A DNA stretch of 64,000 bases. Source: the human T2T-CHM13v2.0 reference genome, Homo sapiens. Of the stretch, positions 39,991-54,758 are shown one piece after another. Below the pieces are notes generated by a model that saw nothing but the letters and a program-made list of their open reading frames with translations, searched no databases and was not told where the DNA came from. Position numbers and translations under genes: made by a program. The DNA lies in the NCBI RefSeq assembly GCF_009914755.1, contig NC_060931.1; one strand, given 5' to 3'. The first letter of the stretch is position 1. Each line of letters starts with the position of its first letter.

Positions 39991-41274
39991 GAATGAAGTG
40001 TTGGGGAGCCCAGGAGTAAATGCCTCTCTACACAGTTATGTAGTCTTTCCCTCATCAACAAATGTCATGGCTATATTATTAGCTGAGAATTTTAACTTTT
40101 TCAGATGGCACTACAACTAAGATTCCTAGTGAATCTTAAGAGTTGGCTATAAATCTAAAAGCCTGCATCTCACTGCTAGCCAGTTATACCACATCCAGCA
40201 ATGAGTCTTTTAGGAATCTTTTTATGTTGATGAGAAAACACAATGGAGCAATGTGAAAATGCAACAAGACTTGTTGAGTACAGAATGAGAAACACTTTCT
40301 GTTTCTGCAATTTCATTTTCCTTCCCATTTTTACAGAGGGGAAGCTTGGCACTATCCTAGTAACTAATGAGATTTCCCCACAGTTCACAGCAGCAGGGCT
40401 TCCAAGAAGACCTTATACACCCTTATCCCTACCACAAAGGGCTTGAAGGCCTTGACCAAGCACAATACACATCACCAGTGTCTATTAACTTTCACCTGCA
40501 GTGATGCTTCCCAAGCAGCTCTAGCTCTGACCTTGGCTGTGGCTCTTAGCTTTGCATATTAAGGCTGGGTGAGGCACTCATCCCTATACCTCAAAATCCC
40601 CACACTTTTATGATCATTTCTTATAAAACACCAGGTAATGTTTTCAGAGAATAAACGAGGTCTGGTACATTGCATTTTTGAGAAATGGAAGAGTAACTAC
40701 TCCATGCTTTCTGTATCTTTAACTGTTTTTCTCATCTGTTATGTTCCTCGGTGACTAAATTGATGCTTCCTTCTTTTTATCAAGCATATTCTAAAAGTTT
40801 ATATTGTCTTCGACAGTCTGGCTTAAGAATATTTGTATACTTACTGGTACATTTTTTAAATAAAATATACTGGAATGTTTATAGTTGGGGTATCATTAAT
40901 GCTTCTCATATCATAGGCCCCAAGCTGGAATATTAGGCCTCATCAATACAAACATAGATGACTTCCACCCATCACCTTCTCATTAAGTATCCTTTCCTTA
41001 GGCTTACATAGGCCATAGGGTTTTCTAAGGGGAGATGTCCATAAATGAGATGAAAGCCAAGTAATTCTTAGGCAATGACAGAGATTGCTCCTGCTAAGTG
41101 ATCACCAAAGAAGGTACTAGCTACTGATAAAGTGAAAGCTTCACTATTTGCTAACTAAAGGAGCTGTGGTAGTCCATGCATTAGGCAATGGTGGGCTGCC
41201 TCTGAGGAAAGCTGGAAAATCTGTGACCCAGTTCCCACATAGATACCGAATGTGCAAACGCACCCCCTCCTTGC

Positions 41275-41660
41275 CATTATGGCCTGAATTGCACCTCCCC
41301 AAAATTCACATGTTGAACTTCTGAGGTATCCTTCGTACCTCAGACTGTGAGGGTATCTGTAGATAAACATTTAAAAACGTAACTAAGGTAAAATTAGGTC
41401 ATGTGAGTGGACCCTAATCCCATCTGACTAATGTGTCCTTATAGGAGGAGAAGACAGACACAGGCATGAGCATGTTCAGAGAAAAGACCGTATGATGATA
41501 CAGTGGGGAGGCGGCCATCTACCAGCCAAGGAGGGAGGACTCAGAAGAAACTAACCTTGCCAACACCTTGATCTTAGACTTCCAGCCACCAGAACTATGA
41601 GAAAATAGATTTCTATTATTGGAACCATTCAGTCTGTTACAGCAGCCTAGCAAACTAATA
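41275..41660 (+). mobile_element. MLT1A-type solo LTR
   Basis: ctgaattgcacctccccaaaattcacatgttgaa...caacaccttgatcttagacttccagcc...gcagcctagcaaactaata. Confidence 0.88.
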
Positions 41661-43789
41661 TTAATACATTGCCAAGTGAACCCTTTTGGCTCTCCTGAGC
41701 AACAGTTATTTACTCTTCCTAGGCAATTTCACCGACAGTGCCTGGCCCTTAGAAGGCTCCATAAACATTTCTTAACTAAATGGCTTAAAAGACTTATGGG
41801 GTACTCTACTTTCTGACTTGTCACACAACTGCCCTTGGGTGAAAATTCCAGAGCCAGTTAATTTCTTAAATGTGGGGATAAGAAAGCAGAAAACATTTTT
41901 AAAGTGTTAATAACTTAAAATATCATCCAGTTATATGCCACAATAGCCAAAGAATATATTTCCAGGATAAACCAAAAGGATGTATCAATAGGCAACTCAA
42001 ATGCTTTATTAACATATTAAAAGAAATTTTTGCCTTGATTCTTAAGTGTTAGATAAAATTTGAAGTATACACTGTTCTCATCTATTAAGGCTTAGAGGTC
42101 TTTCAAAAAGTCATTAGAGAAGTTGTTAACTGGATACTTCTGCATACTAAAAGTTGACCTCCTAAAACATGTCAACCTACAATAAAGACATATGTGACAC
42201 TGGAATAATCTGACTCAATGGCTGAATTTTGCACAATGTGTATTAAAGCTTAGAACTGAGAGAAATGGAATTATCTTATTTTCAAAAATTATTTTAGCAG
42301 GCCTAATAAAAATTAAAGATACTAGGTGTAAGTGTTAACTAAAATAAAAACAGACAAATCTACAGCTACAGAAAAACAGTCTGCTCAAGTTCTTCCTGCA
42401 ATGGCATAACGACGCAGGGAAGTCAACCCTTCCACCTGGGGTCATGATCCTTCTTCCCAAGATTTTCAGTCTCACCCAGGTTCCTCACAGTATCACCTTT
42501 GTTAGCTTTCAGTACTAGAAGTTACCATATTCTATGTATTTCTTTATATATTCATCTGTCTCGAGAATAAGCATCTGGAGATTGGGAATTCTGTCCTTTT
42601 CACTGCTGAATGTCTAATGCTTTAAAGCATGTCTACACATAGTAGTTTCTCAATGAAGCCTTTTCAGTTGATGGATTGACCAAAATATTCAGTAAAGTGT
42701 TTCTTAATACGGAAATCATGGACCAAAAAGAAACTGACAGGAGAGTTATAAGAAAATCTCAAAGAAACAGTGAAAATCTGAATTGCATGCAGATAGTGGG
42801 CAGCAAGCTACATGACAAATGAAATGAGATACAATTCAGAGAATAATTTGAATACAGCATTATTTGAAAATTACGATTCTTGATAGAGTAGAAAAGGTGG
42901 AATGGAAGGGCACCATGGAGCCCTTAGAGTTTCATAAGGAGTCTAAAAGCCACTTACATTTTAAAAATTAAAAGGTTGGTACTAAAATATCTTTATGTAC
43001 CTGTTTACTTTCTTTATACAACTACAAAATTTGCAGGGTTTATGGAGCACAGCAAAGTGCTTTGATCAATGCCACTTTACAGATGAGTAAACCAAAGGCT
43101 TAGAGAAGGTGAATAACTGCCCAAAGTCACAAAACTAGTAAGTTTAAGAATTGAGCTCTGGACTCAGAAGATGTCGGTTAGGAAAATTACAATCTCAAAA
43201 ATACTCCATGGTCAATTTTGACTCTAGTGTCCAATACAGTCAACATGGTTCAAAAAAAAATCATCTCACCTCTCCCTTAACATGAATTTGGGTCTGGGCA
43301 TATTGCCAATTACTATAATTCCCATAATATTGCTCATAATTTTTCTTGCCCATAAAGAGGATCTCAAAGCACTTTCAGTAATTGTGACTGATCAAATTGT
43401 TACTATTTATGCTTGCTGTTCAATTACAAATCAGTTCAATATAATTACCTTGTTGGATTGTTGAGAAATTGCCTTATTCATTGTTGAAGACTATCTTCCA
43501 ACTTGGTAATTTCTAAATAAAGCAGTGTCCTTTCTTCATGTTGTGGCATAACTCTTAGCTTTTGAAGGACCAGAAGAAGAAAGGGAAATTTTATCCCACT
43601 GTATAAAAACTAAAATAAATCAAAAAATAAACTAAATAAGAAAAGCTATGGGAGAAATGGATAAACAAAATAAACAGTAGAAGGAGACAAAAACTTATTT
43701 TAGGGCATGTAGCAAATAATAGCTAATGAGGGTAGACTACGCTTGAATTAGATACATCGAAAGCACAACCTTAGATTCTCTCCATCTCA

Positions 43790-44360
43790 CTTATCCTTAA
43801 GACCCTCAGCCTGTTCTTCTAAGTAACTACCTCATAGGCCCACTCTAAAACCAGCAGAGATGTGTGGTTCAGCCAATTGCAACTGACAAAGCCTGAAATC
43901 CTTGTCTCTTCCCACTACTTTCTGACTCAGATGAAGTACCCAGCTACAGGACATGGGAACTGGCTTCTTTAGTTGTGTAACTAAGCTGCACAACTTAGTG
44001 ACAACCCCAAAATGTAGAAGCGTCAATTCTTCGTAGTGTTTACTCTGACTATTGAGTGACTGGAGATGGGAGGGAAGCTGTAGATAAGTTGCTTTGCATT
44101 CCCCCCTTACATGAACCATCTGGGGGCAAGGTGCTTTTAAATAATCTGACAGAAAACCTCTTGCATGGCTGGAAAATTGCCTGTGTTTGTTTGTGAAGCC
44201 AAGCATAGTTCAGTGATGTACCACCTTATGTTTGCTGTCTTCCTCTTTACAACTTAACTTTTTCCTCACTCTCAGAGCCCTGGAATTAGATTTACCAATA
44301 AAGCATTAGCACCTTAGCTTTGCCTCAGGCTCTGTTCTCCAAGGACCCTAGAAAAAGTCT
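43790..44360 (+). mobile_element. ERVL LTR (MER68/MER77-group-like)
   Basis: 3' end ccaataaagcattagcaccttagctttgcctcaggctctgttctccaaggaccc. Confidence 0.6.
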
Positions 44361-47300
44361 TATGTACTATCTGAAAGCTCTCAATGCACAAGGTAGAAAA
44401 TGGGGGTATATAATGAGCTTCTAAATTAGTAGAAAAGACAAACACTTTGATGATAAATAGAGATTGGGTTGCCTATTCATGAAGAGTTAGTCTAGCACAA
44501 TTTTGTGCCCAATATGTAAGTCAACTACAAATGCCCAACATTAGCATTTTAGCAGCTTAGCATGGTGGGGGAAAAGGCTCTGTTTACATAATGATATTTT
44601 TCCCATCTTTCAGAAGAAAACACAATTACAAGTGCATTTTTGAGGAATAATTTTTTCAGGAAAAGTAATGCAACCAATCATCCAAGGTACCTATAAAAAT
44701 TTAATTACGATTATCAAATAAAATGCAGGGAAATAGCAACAGAAACTACTAAACATGTCTTCAATCCACCAGCCTCGAGAAAACACTGGACTTTACCCAG
44801 CTACCTCTTGTTGTCTAGTTACCCGCTCTTCAAACTGAGAATCATCAGCTGAATTTCAAAACAGAATTATGCAAGTTTATTTGATTTCCTCTGCTTGCCT
44901 CTCATGAAAAGACATAAAAATTAAAATGGATTGGTAGAGATGGTAGGAGCTTTCAGGTGAACACGAAATACTGTCATCAATCTCATTGTTTCAGGGAACA
45001 GTGGGCATGGTGGCACAATCAGGCTGAACAGAGAAAAGCATTTCAGCTGTGGCCACTATGAAAAATGAGATACCACCGAACAAGGCAGCAATTTCACACA
45101 AGCAAGTTAACATACTTCCTTTTTAAAAAGCTCCAGGGAAATCTGAAATTGCAAGTAAAGGGATTAAGAGAAGAGATGCTAAGAGAAACCCTTGACTTTT
45201 CTCTAAACCACTACATAATTTCACTAGAACAAACTCTTTAAGCCATGAGGATTACAATTTCCTGTTATAAGAGCCATTTCAATAAAAGGTTTGCTGATTA
45301 CTTTGAAAAGTTAAAAAAAAATAAAGTAAAAAAACAAGTAAGTGAAAACTGATTGCTCCCATGACATGAACTGCTTATTGAGTTTTAATGTCTTTCTCTT
45401 CTGTAGGTTTCAGGTGGAATTAGTCAAAACCAAACGTGGATTAACAGCATAAGAGGTAAATAAGTACATATCTTGAAAAATTAGAAGACACATCCCCCCT
45501 GAGATTTGTCTCTCAGAGTTAGAAGTCAGAGTCTTTCCTATTAACAGATTATGTTAGTATTGTTAATATAAGGTAAGACTAATGTGTAAATAATCTGTCA
45601 AAATACAAGGAAAAAAAAGAAGCTTAGTAGCTACACAACTCTGCTTATTTTTGTTGGTATTTGAAAGCACCAACCTCTCTAGTTCTATATTAGACTCTCT
45701 GTTATTGGTTTGTGGGATTCTTTGTCTTTAAGACTGCTCCTTCCACCTTGCTTTCACTTACTCTAATCAGACAACCTATCTGGGGACTTCTCATCTCATA
45801 GGACAAAATTATTCTTAATAAGCTTCATTCATCCCTATCCTCATCTCATGGCCATAATAGCAATGGAATAAATGCCAGGATCTGTAAGAATTTCCAAGCA
45901 TTTAGGGGAGATGATCTTGCAAAGATAACATTGTTCTCAGATCTTTCTCTTGCTTTATCAGAACTTAGATTTTATTTCCTTTTTCTTTGAGATCCTGCCC
46001 ATTTTCAGTGAGAGGAACTAATTTTTATATGATTTTAGCTAATATCTTTTCCAGAAAAAAATTTTAATAACTTATAAAGTAAACATTTTAGTCACCATGG
46101 AATGCAAAGAGGGAGGAAATTTTTGGCCAGGGGCCCCTTCTATTCTCCAACTATAAAACATGGAAGGTTACCTGGCTAACCTATGCACAGTGCCAGTCCT
46201 AGGTTAGAGACAGATTAATTAATAGCATGGGCAAATAAAACAGTGATGTAAGCAGCCAGGTAGTGGATTTCTGGGGTCAGATCCTGGACCTCAAGTATCC
46301 ACACAATTACAAAAGCAAATTACTATATATTTATTGCATAGCTGCATTTATTGTCAAGGTTGTTATACATAAATAGATTTCAATACTTATTTTTTCCCTC
46401 TTAAATTGCCATCACATTGCTAAATAGCAAGAACATTCAGACCAGAAAATTGAGTTATTTTTTAAAAGGAAAGTTAAGTGGACAGCAGCTGCAGGATTAT
46501 TACATTCCCTTGATTTATTTTTTATTTACAGATGCACATTTTCATTAGCTGGGATTTGAACAGAATGGATTTTTACAACAATAAAAGAAAAAGCAACCCA
46601 ATTTGGGCTTTTATACACAGATGGGCTTCTGTCTCCTTAGACAGTTTTGAGTGTATCTTCTTCCAACACAGCCCAGATGCATCTATTTGTAAATGTTCAG
46701 CTCGCAGCCTTGAGGTAGAGGGCATAATTTCCCTCCCCAATCTGAAGAACAAATCTCAGATGTAACGTGTTTTCTGTATAGATGTAAGGAAGTCCCAGAG
46801 AGGTAGGCTGGAAATGCAAACAAAATTTTTCCCTTTCTTCCCATTATAAATTAAGGCATTTCATGCTTCTGTGATTCTTTTTTCACTTACATATCTGTAT
46901 TTGCTACAATGCTTTTCTAGATGGCTTTAGGCTGTATTACTTCCTCTTGCCTTAGAAAACAATCAAATTTGTGTTGCCAGTGCCCCAGACTAAGTTTCAT
47001 TTCTTCACAGTTGTTAGGACTATCCTCTAAAGCTCTCAAATGTTTATTGTTTTAGGTTTCTAATCACAGTGGTTATAAATAAGCACAGATTCTGAAGAGT
47101 CCTTATATGTGGTACACATTTTCACTGACCAGTCTAGTTTGTTTGGGTGCCTAAGAAATGTTTAATAATTAAATAAATTCACCCTGGATGTGGTAAAGAA
47201 CTTGAAGATTTTTAACCACACAGCCCTGCCTTAGCTTCGGAGGTGGTGCTGCTAAGACATCTCAGGAGCACTGGTTTAGAATTTTATTAATACTTCATTT

Positions 47301-49401
47301 TCTAACTCTGTTAGGGTAGCAATACAGTATCTTTACTATTAGGAAATTGGTAGGATGTAGTGCTACTGGACTAGCCAAGATGGTAAATGGGCATCAATAC
47401 AATTGACGGCAGATATCTGGAATGCTGGGTGGAGACCACAGTGGCAAGGGTCTTCGTGACTACAGGATCACAGACTGCAGAAGACATCTGAGCCCTGATC
47501 CCTGGGTTTGTCCTCTGCCTCTTTCCTATTCCATGCTAGCCCCCTAGAGGGTCCAACGGAAGCTAAAGAACTAGGCAAGCTTTAGGTAAGCCTTGCCCAC
47601 TCCAGACTTTTGTCCATGTCCCTGTACCTAAACACACTAGAAACTGTGGTTGAAAAAGTAAGACAGTAACTAACGTATCAGCAAAGCAACCAGGATATTT
47701 TCCCTGGTGATTTTACCACTTGCAAGCTTCCTGGCCCATTGCCTCAAGGACATTGTTTTCACTTGTCCCTGGCACGTGCCTATCCATATTTATGGATGAG
47801 TGGATTATCACTAGACAAAGACAAATTATCTTTAAATCTGAAGCTATAAAATGTTTATGTTTGTTGATTTATATTGCCCAGTTGTTCTCCCAGCAGGGTG
47901 GTTAGCAGGGTGACATAAAAATAAAACAGCATCCACCCTTTCTATGCCAAATGTAGGAAAAGAGTTAAAATGATGTTCCCGAACACGGATGGTGGCCCTC
48001 ACTTTGGCAAAACTAAATGAGTAGTACACCTTCTAAACTACAGTGATGACAAAGAAAACTCAGTTCTCTATCCTAAGTAAATTACACAGCTAGAAGTCAC
48101 TTCCAGGTAAAGACCTGTACATCACCTTTCAATCCACCGAGGACTGTGTAACAGCTCATCTGATTCCGTGAAATCTGGAGTATCACCCTCTGTTTCAAGA
48201 ACTTCAGTGGTTAAGTCCCAATTTAAACATTCCTCTTTTATCAAATCCTGTGAAAGAAATCTCTTTGAACTTTACCTCCATTTTAGATGTAATATTTGTG
48301 TAGAATTTATAGTCAGTGTTTGGTGCTTAGGTTTTATTTGTCCAATTTTTTAACTTAGCATGAGTTCTTCTGAGATTCATCTCTGCTTAGAAAGCAATAA
48401 TAGAATAAAAACAAATACATAAATAAAAAGGATTTTTTTTCATAGAAATACTGACACAACCTTTAACTAGAGTGGAGGGAGTCGTGCGGCAGTAATAATA
48501 AAAGTAGCAAACGTTAGCAATCTGCTTCATAGCATGAAATAAAATATTTTAGTAAAAACATGAATACTGCTCAACTGTAATTTTTCACACAGCTGTGATA
48601 AAAGGATGATAAAAATGATAAGGCATAACAATTCCTGAGTAAACATACATATAAAATGAAGTGGAGGTTCAAATCTAAAGAGTATGTTTTACTTTCAGAT
48701 TCTAAACATACTATGGCTGATGCCTTGTGTTTTTTATTTTTTTAACAACTATCAATTTTGTTCACTTGTACAATTTAATGGAGGCTAGCAGCTTCCAAAA
48801 CCTGTGCTGCATTAGGAGATATTCTATTCTAGCCTGTGCATTTGACATCTTGTCACTTTGTAACATTACATACCTTTGAAGAGATAGCCTATCTATTGCC
48901 TCCTGATAGGAAAAAAATAGCAAAAGCAGTACCAATCAATCTTTCCACTGGAAAAATTCATTTTCTTAGAAATGATTATGTCCCTGCCTATTAAAAATCT
49001 GAGTCTTTCCCAAAGTAATAGAATACCTCTTAAATCATTAGAACAAATGGATGTTCTTCCAACAATGAGAGCAATTATTTTTCAAAATAGAAACATTCCT
49101 TCTAGAATGTTCTACCAGATGTAATTTATTTGGGGCAAATAAATGATTTTTAAGGAGGTTAAAACATAAAATGTTCTTAGAAAAAAAGATGACTATATAT
49201 TTTTACATACTATACTAGTCACTATTTCGGTAGAACAATCTGTGACCTCTCGGTCAAGACACAGTTAAAGAAACATAGATAAGAAGAAACAATCAGTTTG
49301 GAACTTACAATAAAATAACTACTCTCGCATCTACATTAAGTTTGTGAACCATTACATCTGGTAGCCACAAAACATATATGAACCTGTGGCTCTCACCTTC
49401 T

Positions 49402-49445
49402 TTTTTTTCTTCTTCTTTCTTTGCCATATTTATACTTTCTTTTTC

Positions 49446-49476
<31 letters not shown>

Positions 49477-50644
49477 TATACTTTAAGTTCTAGGGTACAT
49501 GTGTACAACATGCAGGTTACACAGGTATACATGTGCCATGTTGGTTTGCTGCACCCATCAACTCGTCATTTACATTAGGTATTTCTCCTAATGCTATCCC
49601 TCCCCCAGCCCCCCACCCCCTGACAGGCCCCCAGTGTGTGATGTTCCCCAACCTGTCTCCAAGTGTTCTCATTGTTCAATTCCCACCTGTGAGTGAGAAC
49701 ACGCGGTGTTTGGTTTTTTGTCCTTGTGATAGTTTGCTGAGAATGATGGTTTCCAGCTTTATCCATGTCCCTGCAAAGGACATGAACTCATTCTTTTTAT
49801 GGCTGCATAGTATTCCATGGTGTATTTGTGCCATATTTTCTTAATCCAGTCTATCACTGATGGACATTTGGGTTGGTTCCAAGTCTTTGCTATTGGGAAT
49901 AGTGCTGCAATAAACATACGTGTGCATGTGTCTTTATAGTAGCATGATTTATAATCCCTTGGGTATATACCCAGTAATGGGATGGCTGGGTCAAATGGTA
50001 TTTCTAGTTCTAGATCCTTGAGGAATCACCACACTGTCTTCTACAATGGCTGAACTAATTTACACCCCCACCAGCAGTGTAAAAGTGTTCCTATTTCTCC
50101 ACATCCTCTCCAGCACCTGTTGTTTCCTGACTTTTTAATGATTGCCATTCCAACTGGTGTGAGATGGTATCCTACTGTGGTTTTGATTTGCATTTCTCTG
50201 ATGACCAGTGATGATGAGGATATTTTCATGTGTCTGTTGGCTGCATGAATGTCTTCTTTTGAAAAGTGTCTGTTCATATTCTTTGCCCACTTTTTGATGG
50301 GGTTGTTTTTCTCTTGTAAATTTGTTTAAGTTCTTTGTAGATCCTGGATATTAGCCCTTTGTCAGATGGGTAGATTGCAAAAATTTTCTCCTGTTCTGTA
50401 AGTTGCCTGTTCACTCTGATGGTAGTTTCTTTTGCCATGTAGAAGCTCTTTAGTTTAATTAGATCCCATTTGTCAATTTTGGCTTTTGTTGCCTTGCTGT
50501 TGATATTTTATTCATGAAGTCATTGCCCAAGCCTATGTCCTGAATGGTATTGCCTAGGTTTTCTTCTAGGGTTTTTATGGTTTTAGGTCTTACATTTAAG
50601 TCTTTAATCCATCTTGCGTTAATTTTTGAATAAGGTGTAAGGGA
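49402..50644 (-). mobile_element. 5'-truncated L1PA6-like insertion, 13-bp TSD gctctcaccttct
   Basis: TSD at 49389-49401 and 50645-50657; antisense 3' UTR and ORF2 end (ORF 50041-50277). Confidence 0.93.
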
Positions 50645-50769
50645 GCTCTCACCTTCTAACTGCCTTTACGCATGACCTGGCACACAGTATTTATTCACTG
50701 TTTATTTATAAACACGTATCAAGTACCTTTATGAGACATGGTAGCTGTAGAGACCTGCCCGCCTCTATG

Positions 50770-52325
50770 GTTGTAGTTGAGCTACCTGTTCAACAAAGTT
50801 CTGTATTCCTATCCCACAGTGCCTAGGGAAGTGTCTTCCTAGCCAGACACTAAATTTTTTAGTTTTTCTTTGCATCTAGATGTGGGCAGGTAGCTAGGAA
50901 GTAAGAAGAAGAGATATGATTCCTTCTGAGTCAACATGGTTAAGAAGCAAATATGGTCTCTTTGTTCTCTTTCCCTTATATGGCATCCTTGGAATTCACG
51001 TTTTGAAGACGGCAATGCCCCAAGATAGAAAGACCCTGAGTTTCTGCATCACCACACAGAAGACAGCCAGAAACCACATGAAAGTGCTTTGAGAGTGAGA
51101 ATAAGCTTAAGTTGTGTTAAACTACAGTCATGTGCTGCATAATAACATTTCAGTCAACAACAGACAGCATATACAAGGGTTATCCTGTAAGATTATAATG
51201 GAGCCAAAAAATTTCTATTACCTAGTGATATTGTAGCTGTCATAACATTGTAGTGCAATGCATTACTCACATTTGTAGCAATGCTGGTGTAAACAAACCT
51301 ACTGCACTGCCAGTCATATAGAAATATAGCACATACAATTATGTACAGTACATAATACTTGAAAATGATAACAAATGACTGTTACTGGTTTATGTATTTA
51401 CTATACTATACTTTTAATCATTATTTTAGAGTATACTTCTACTTCTTAAAAAAAGTTAACTATAAACAGGCTCAGGCAGGTCAGGAGGTATTCCAGAAGA
51501 AGGCATTGTTATCACAGGAGATGACAGCTCCATGTATGTTATTGCCCCTGAAAACCTTCCAGTGGGACAAGACATGGAGGTAAAAAACAGTGATATTGAT
51601 GATCCTGACACTTTGAGTCTTAGGCTAATGTATGTGTTTGTGTCATTTTTGGCAGAAAAAAGTTTAGAAAGTTTTAAAACTTTAAAAAATAGAATAAGGA
51701 TATGAAGAAAATATTTTTGTATAATGTGTGTGTTTTAACTAAGTTACTACAAAAGAATCAAAAAGTTAGAGAAGAGTTTAAAATTTATAAAATAAGACAG
51801 TAAGCTAAAATTAATTTATTATTGAAAAGAATTTATAAATGTAGTATAGCCTACATGTACAGCATTTATAAAGTCTATAGCAGTATACAGTAATATCCTA
51901 GGCCTTCACATTCATTCACCACTCACTGACTCACCTAGAGCAACTTCCAGTCCTGCAAGCTCCATTCATAATAAGTACTCTGTACAGGTGTACCATTTTT
52001 TATCTTTTATAGTGTGTTTTTACCATGACTTTTCTATATTATGTTTAGATAACACAAATACTTACCATTATGTTACAGTTACATATAGTGTTCCACATAG
52101 AAACATGCTGTGCAAGTTTGTAGCCTAGGATCAACAGGCTATACCATGTAGCCTAGGTATATAGTAGGTTTGGGTACCATCTATTTTTGTATTAGTATAT
52201 TCTATAATGTTTGTACAACAATAAAATCACCTAACAAGCCATTTTTCAGAATATATCCCCATTGTTAAGCAATACATGACTGTATTTTAATTTTGGGATT
52301 TATCTGTTATAATAACTAACACAAT
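50770..52325 (+). mobile_element. Old MLT1 (I/J/K-like) LTR interrupted by Tigger3b
   Basis: caagatagaaagaccctgagtttctgcatcacca...tgtgttaaac, resuming as ttttgggatttatctgtta after 52284. Confidence 0.6.
51125..52282. mobile_element. Tigger3b-like (MER7) DNA transposon, both TIRs present, TA TSD
   Basis: ta|cagtcatgtgctgcataataac ... gttaagcaatacatgactg|ta; ~1.16 kb. Confidence 0.9.
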
Positions 52326-54758
52326 CATATAAAATAATCTTGTTCTCAGAGGAACTTACTTCTAACAAGGGAGAAACCCTCCTTCAAATGTCTTTTGGAG
52401 ATAAGATACAGTTATATAAAATAATGAGGTGATAAGGCAAAGAACCAAAAATTATAGCTTAAGAAATCAGCCACATAATAAAATTAAGGAATCTGGGTTG
52501 CAAGGAAGGATGGGATCACTTAAGTCTATAGAGCTGTTAGAAAAGGCCTTATGTTGGAAGCATCCTTTTAACTTCATTTCGAAGGATGGGTAGCAGTGTA
52601 ACAGTGAGAAATGAGGTCGAAAGGCATTTGATGCAGAAGGAACTGTATGACTAAGCAGGGAAGAAGTAAAGTGCAATGATTTGGGAATAGTGAATTGTCT
52701 GCCCAAAGGAGTATAGCCTGCACAGAAGTAACCATGAAATGGTTAAACAGCAACCCTCCAAGTTGCTATAGTTCAGAACTTACTGATAACCTGACATATG
52801 CATTATAAAGTCCATGGCTTTGGCACTATGGAGGGAGAAAGATGTATTTGAGGAAGGTCATCTCACCTTCAAAGTTTTTCTCTTCTTTTCAAAAATCCAG
52901 GTACTAAAACATCTCTCTCACCACTGTAGATAATGAGAGAGTGATACAGGGACTTCAAAGATCTGAGAGGTCATAGAACAGAGAGGGGCAAGATATATTT
53001 CCAGTGAACTCTAAACTAAAAGGAAATCATTCCCCTGAAAATTGACATTTCTCAAGAAGCATCATAAAAGTGACAAATCCTCCAGTCCCCTCAAAAAAAT
53101 GCATTAGATTTGTGCTATTGTCAGCAAGAATAGGGCAAATAATGTTACATTGATTACAGAGCCTTCTTCAACTTTGTGAATGAGACTAGAACTTTTTTCT
53201 TGATATAAAGCTCTGATAAATAACCATCCTATCAGAGATGGACATGTTCTACAAACAGTGACTGAGAAATCTAGATGATAAGAGGGGATAATATGGCTAA
53301 GAAGCACTGCAACCTTATTTAAAAGGGGTTAAAAATTGAGAACAGAACCTCACTATACAATAACTATTTTTGAATATTTCCTTACGCTTAAGTTTATAAT
53401 TTAGAAAATATGTGTTTTCACTCCAAAATATGAATACATTCATTCTTTAGAATGATCCTTTCAGGTCTGTAATTGACAGCTAATTAATTATTTAATAATA
53501 TCTAGAAAACACATCTGCATTACACTTTAGTTTATATGTAGAATTGTACATTTATAAACAAATATCCATGAGCAAATAACTCTGCTTCCCTGCAAAAAGT
53601 CAGATAAGTCTTGTCTACAGAAAGAGAATATTCTCCTTTTTTAAAGGATCATCTTGGCAAAGGTGCAAAAGAGACCTGGCCAAACATAAACCAGTTCCTA
53701 CTACGTTCTTTTTAAAAGTTTGAATCACATTAGTATGACTCCTTAAAAAAGGAATAGTGTTTCTTTGTTTCTGTTTGCCTTTTTAAAGACATACATAGTT
53801 TTCACACGTTTTGTTGTTGTTGTTTTTGCAAACAGTAGAGGTCCTAGCGATCTGTGTTGTTTGTTCAGCTTCCCTTGGGCTACGGAAAAGTCAGAGGCTC
53901 ATTTCCAAGAGAGTACTGTGTGAAAACACAGTGGAGAGAAGTTGTAGAGTAAGCAAAGGAAATGACCCCAACGGTTTGTTCAACAGTTTGGCAGCAGCTT
54001 CCTATACCTGGGACTAATCATGCCAATCCCTGTTACTGTCAAATGTGTCCTAAGCAAGTGTCCCCTCTTTTTTTTTTTTTTTTTTTTTTTTGCTATTATC
54101 TTGCTTCGTCTTACCTTGTGCTACAATAATTTATAAGAAGAGGAGTTTCAGATAAATTTATGCTTTAAAGAAATTTTCTTTTAAATTGATGCAAATGTCA
54201 AGGGAAGACAAAATATCCCCCAACTACACAGATCAGTTTCCCTCCTTTCTCTCTTTACATACCATTCCAAAAAATCTAAAATATGCATTACTGAAGATTC
54301 TTTTGGATAAGAAAAAAAAGGAAATGTACTCTGGGCATGAACAATAATTTTTCTGAAGACTTAATTCTTTCTAAAATGGAAAACTATTGGAAAACTAACC
54401 TGCATGGTTCTAAGAACATTTTCCACAAAAAAAAAAAATAATAATTCAATTCAAAGATCTAAACCTGAGTAGAATTTATGGTGATTGCTCTTAGTCTACA
54501 TGCTTACCTGGGTTTTCTCTTCAGAAAAGCCATACTTTACTTCATATCATAATCTTTTCTTTTTAACTTGGCAAACTCATTTTCTATCTTCTCACCTTCT
54601 TACACTCCAGCAATGATGACCTACTTTAATTCATTTTAATATATCCTGGTGTTTCATGGCCCCCATCAATTTGCTCATTCTGTTTGCTTTAGGTATTATA
54701 GAATGTGTCTTTCTTCCTTTGTTCACTTGCTGAACTCCTATTCATCTTCCAAACCCTT

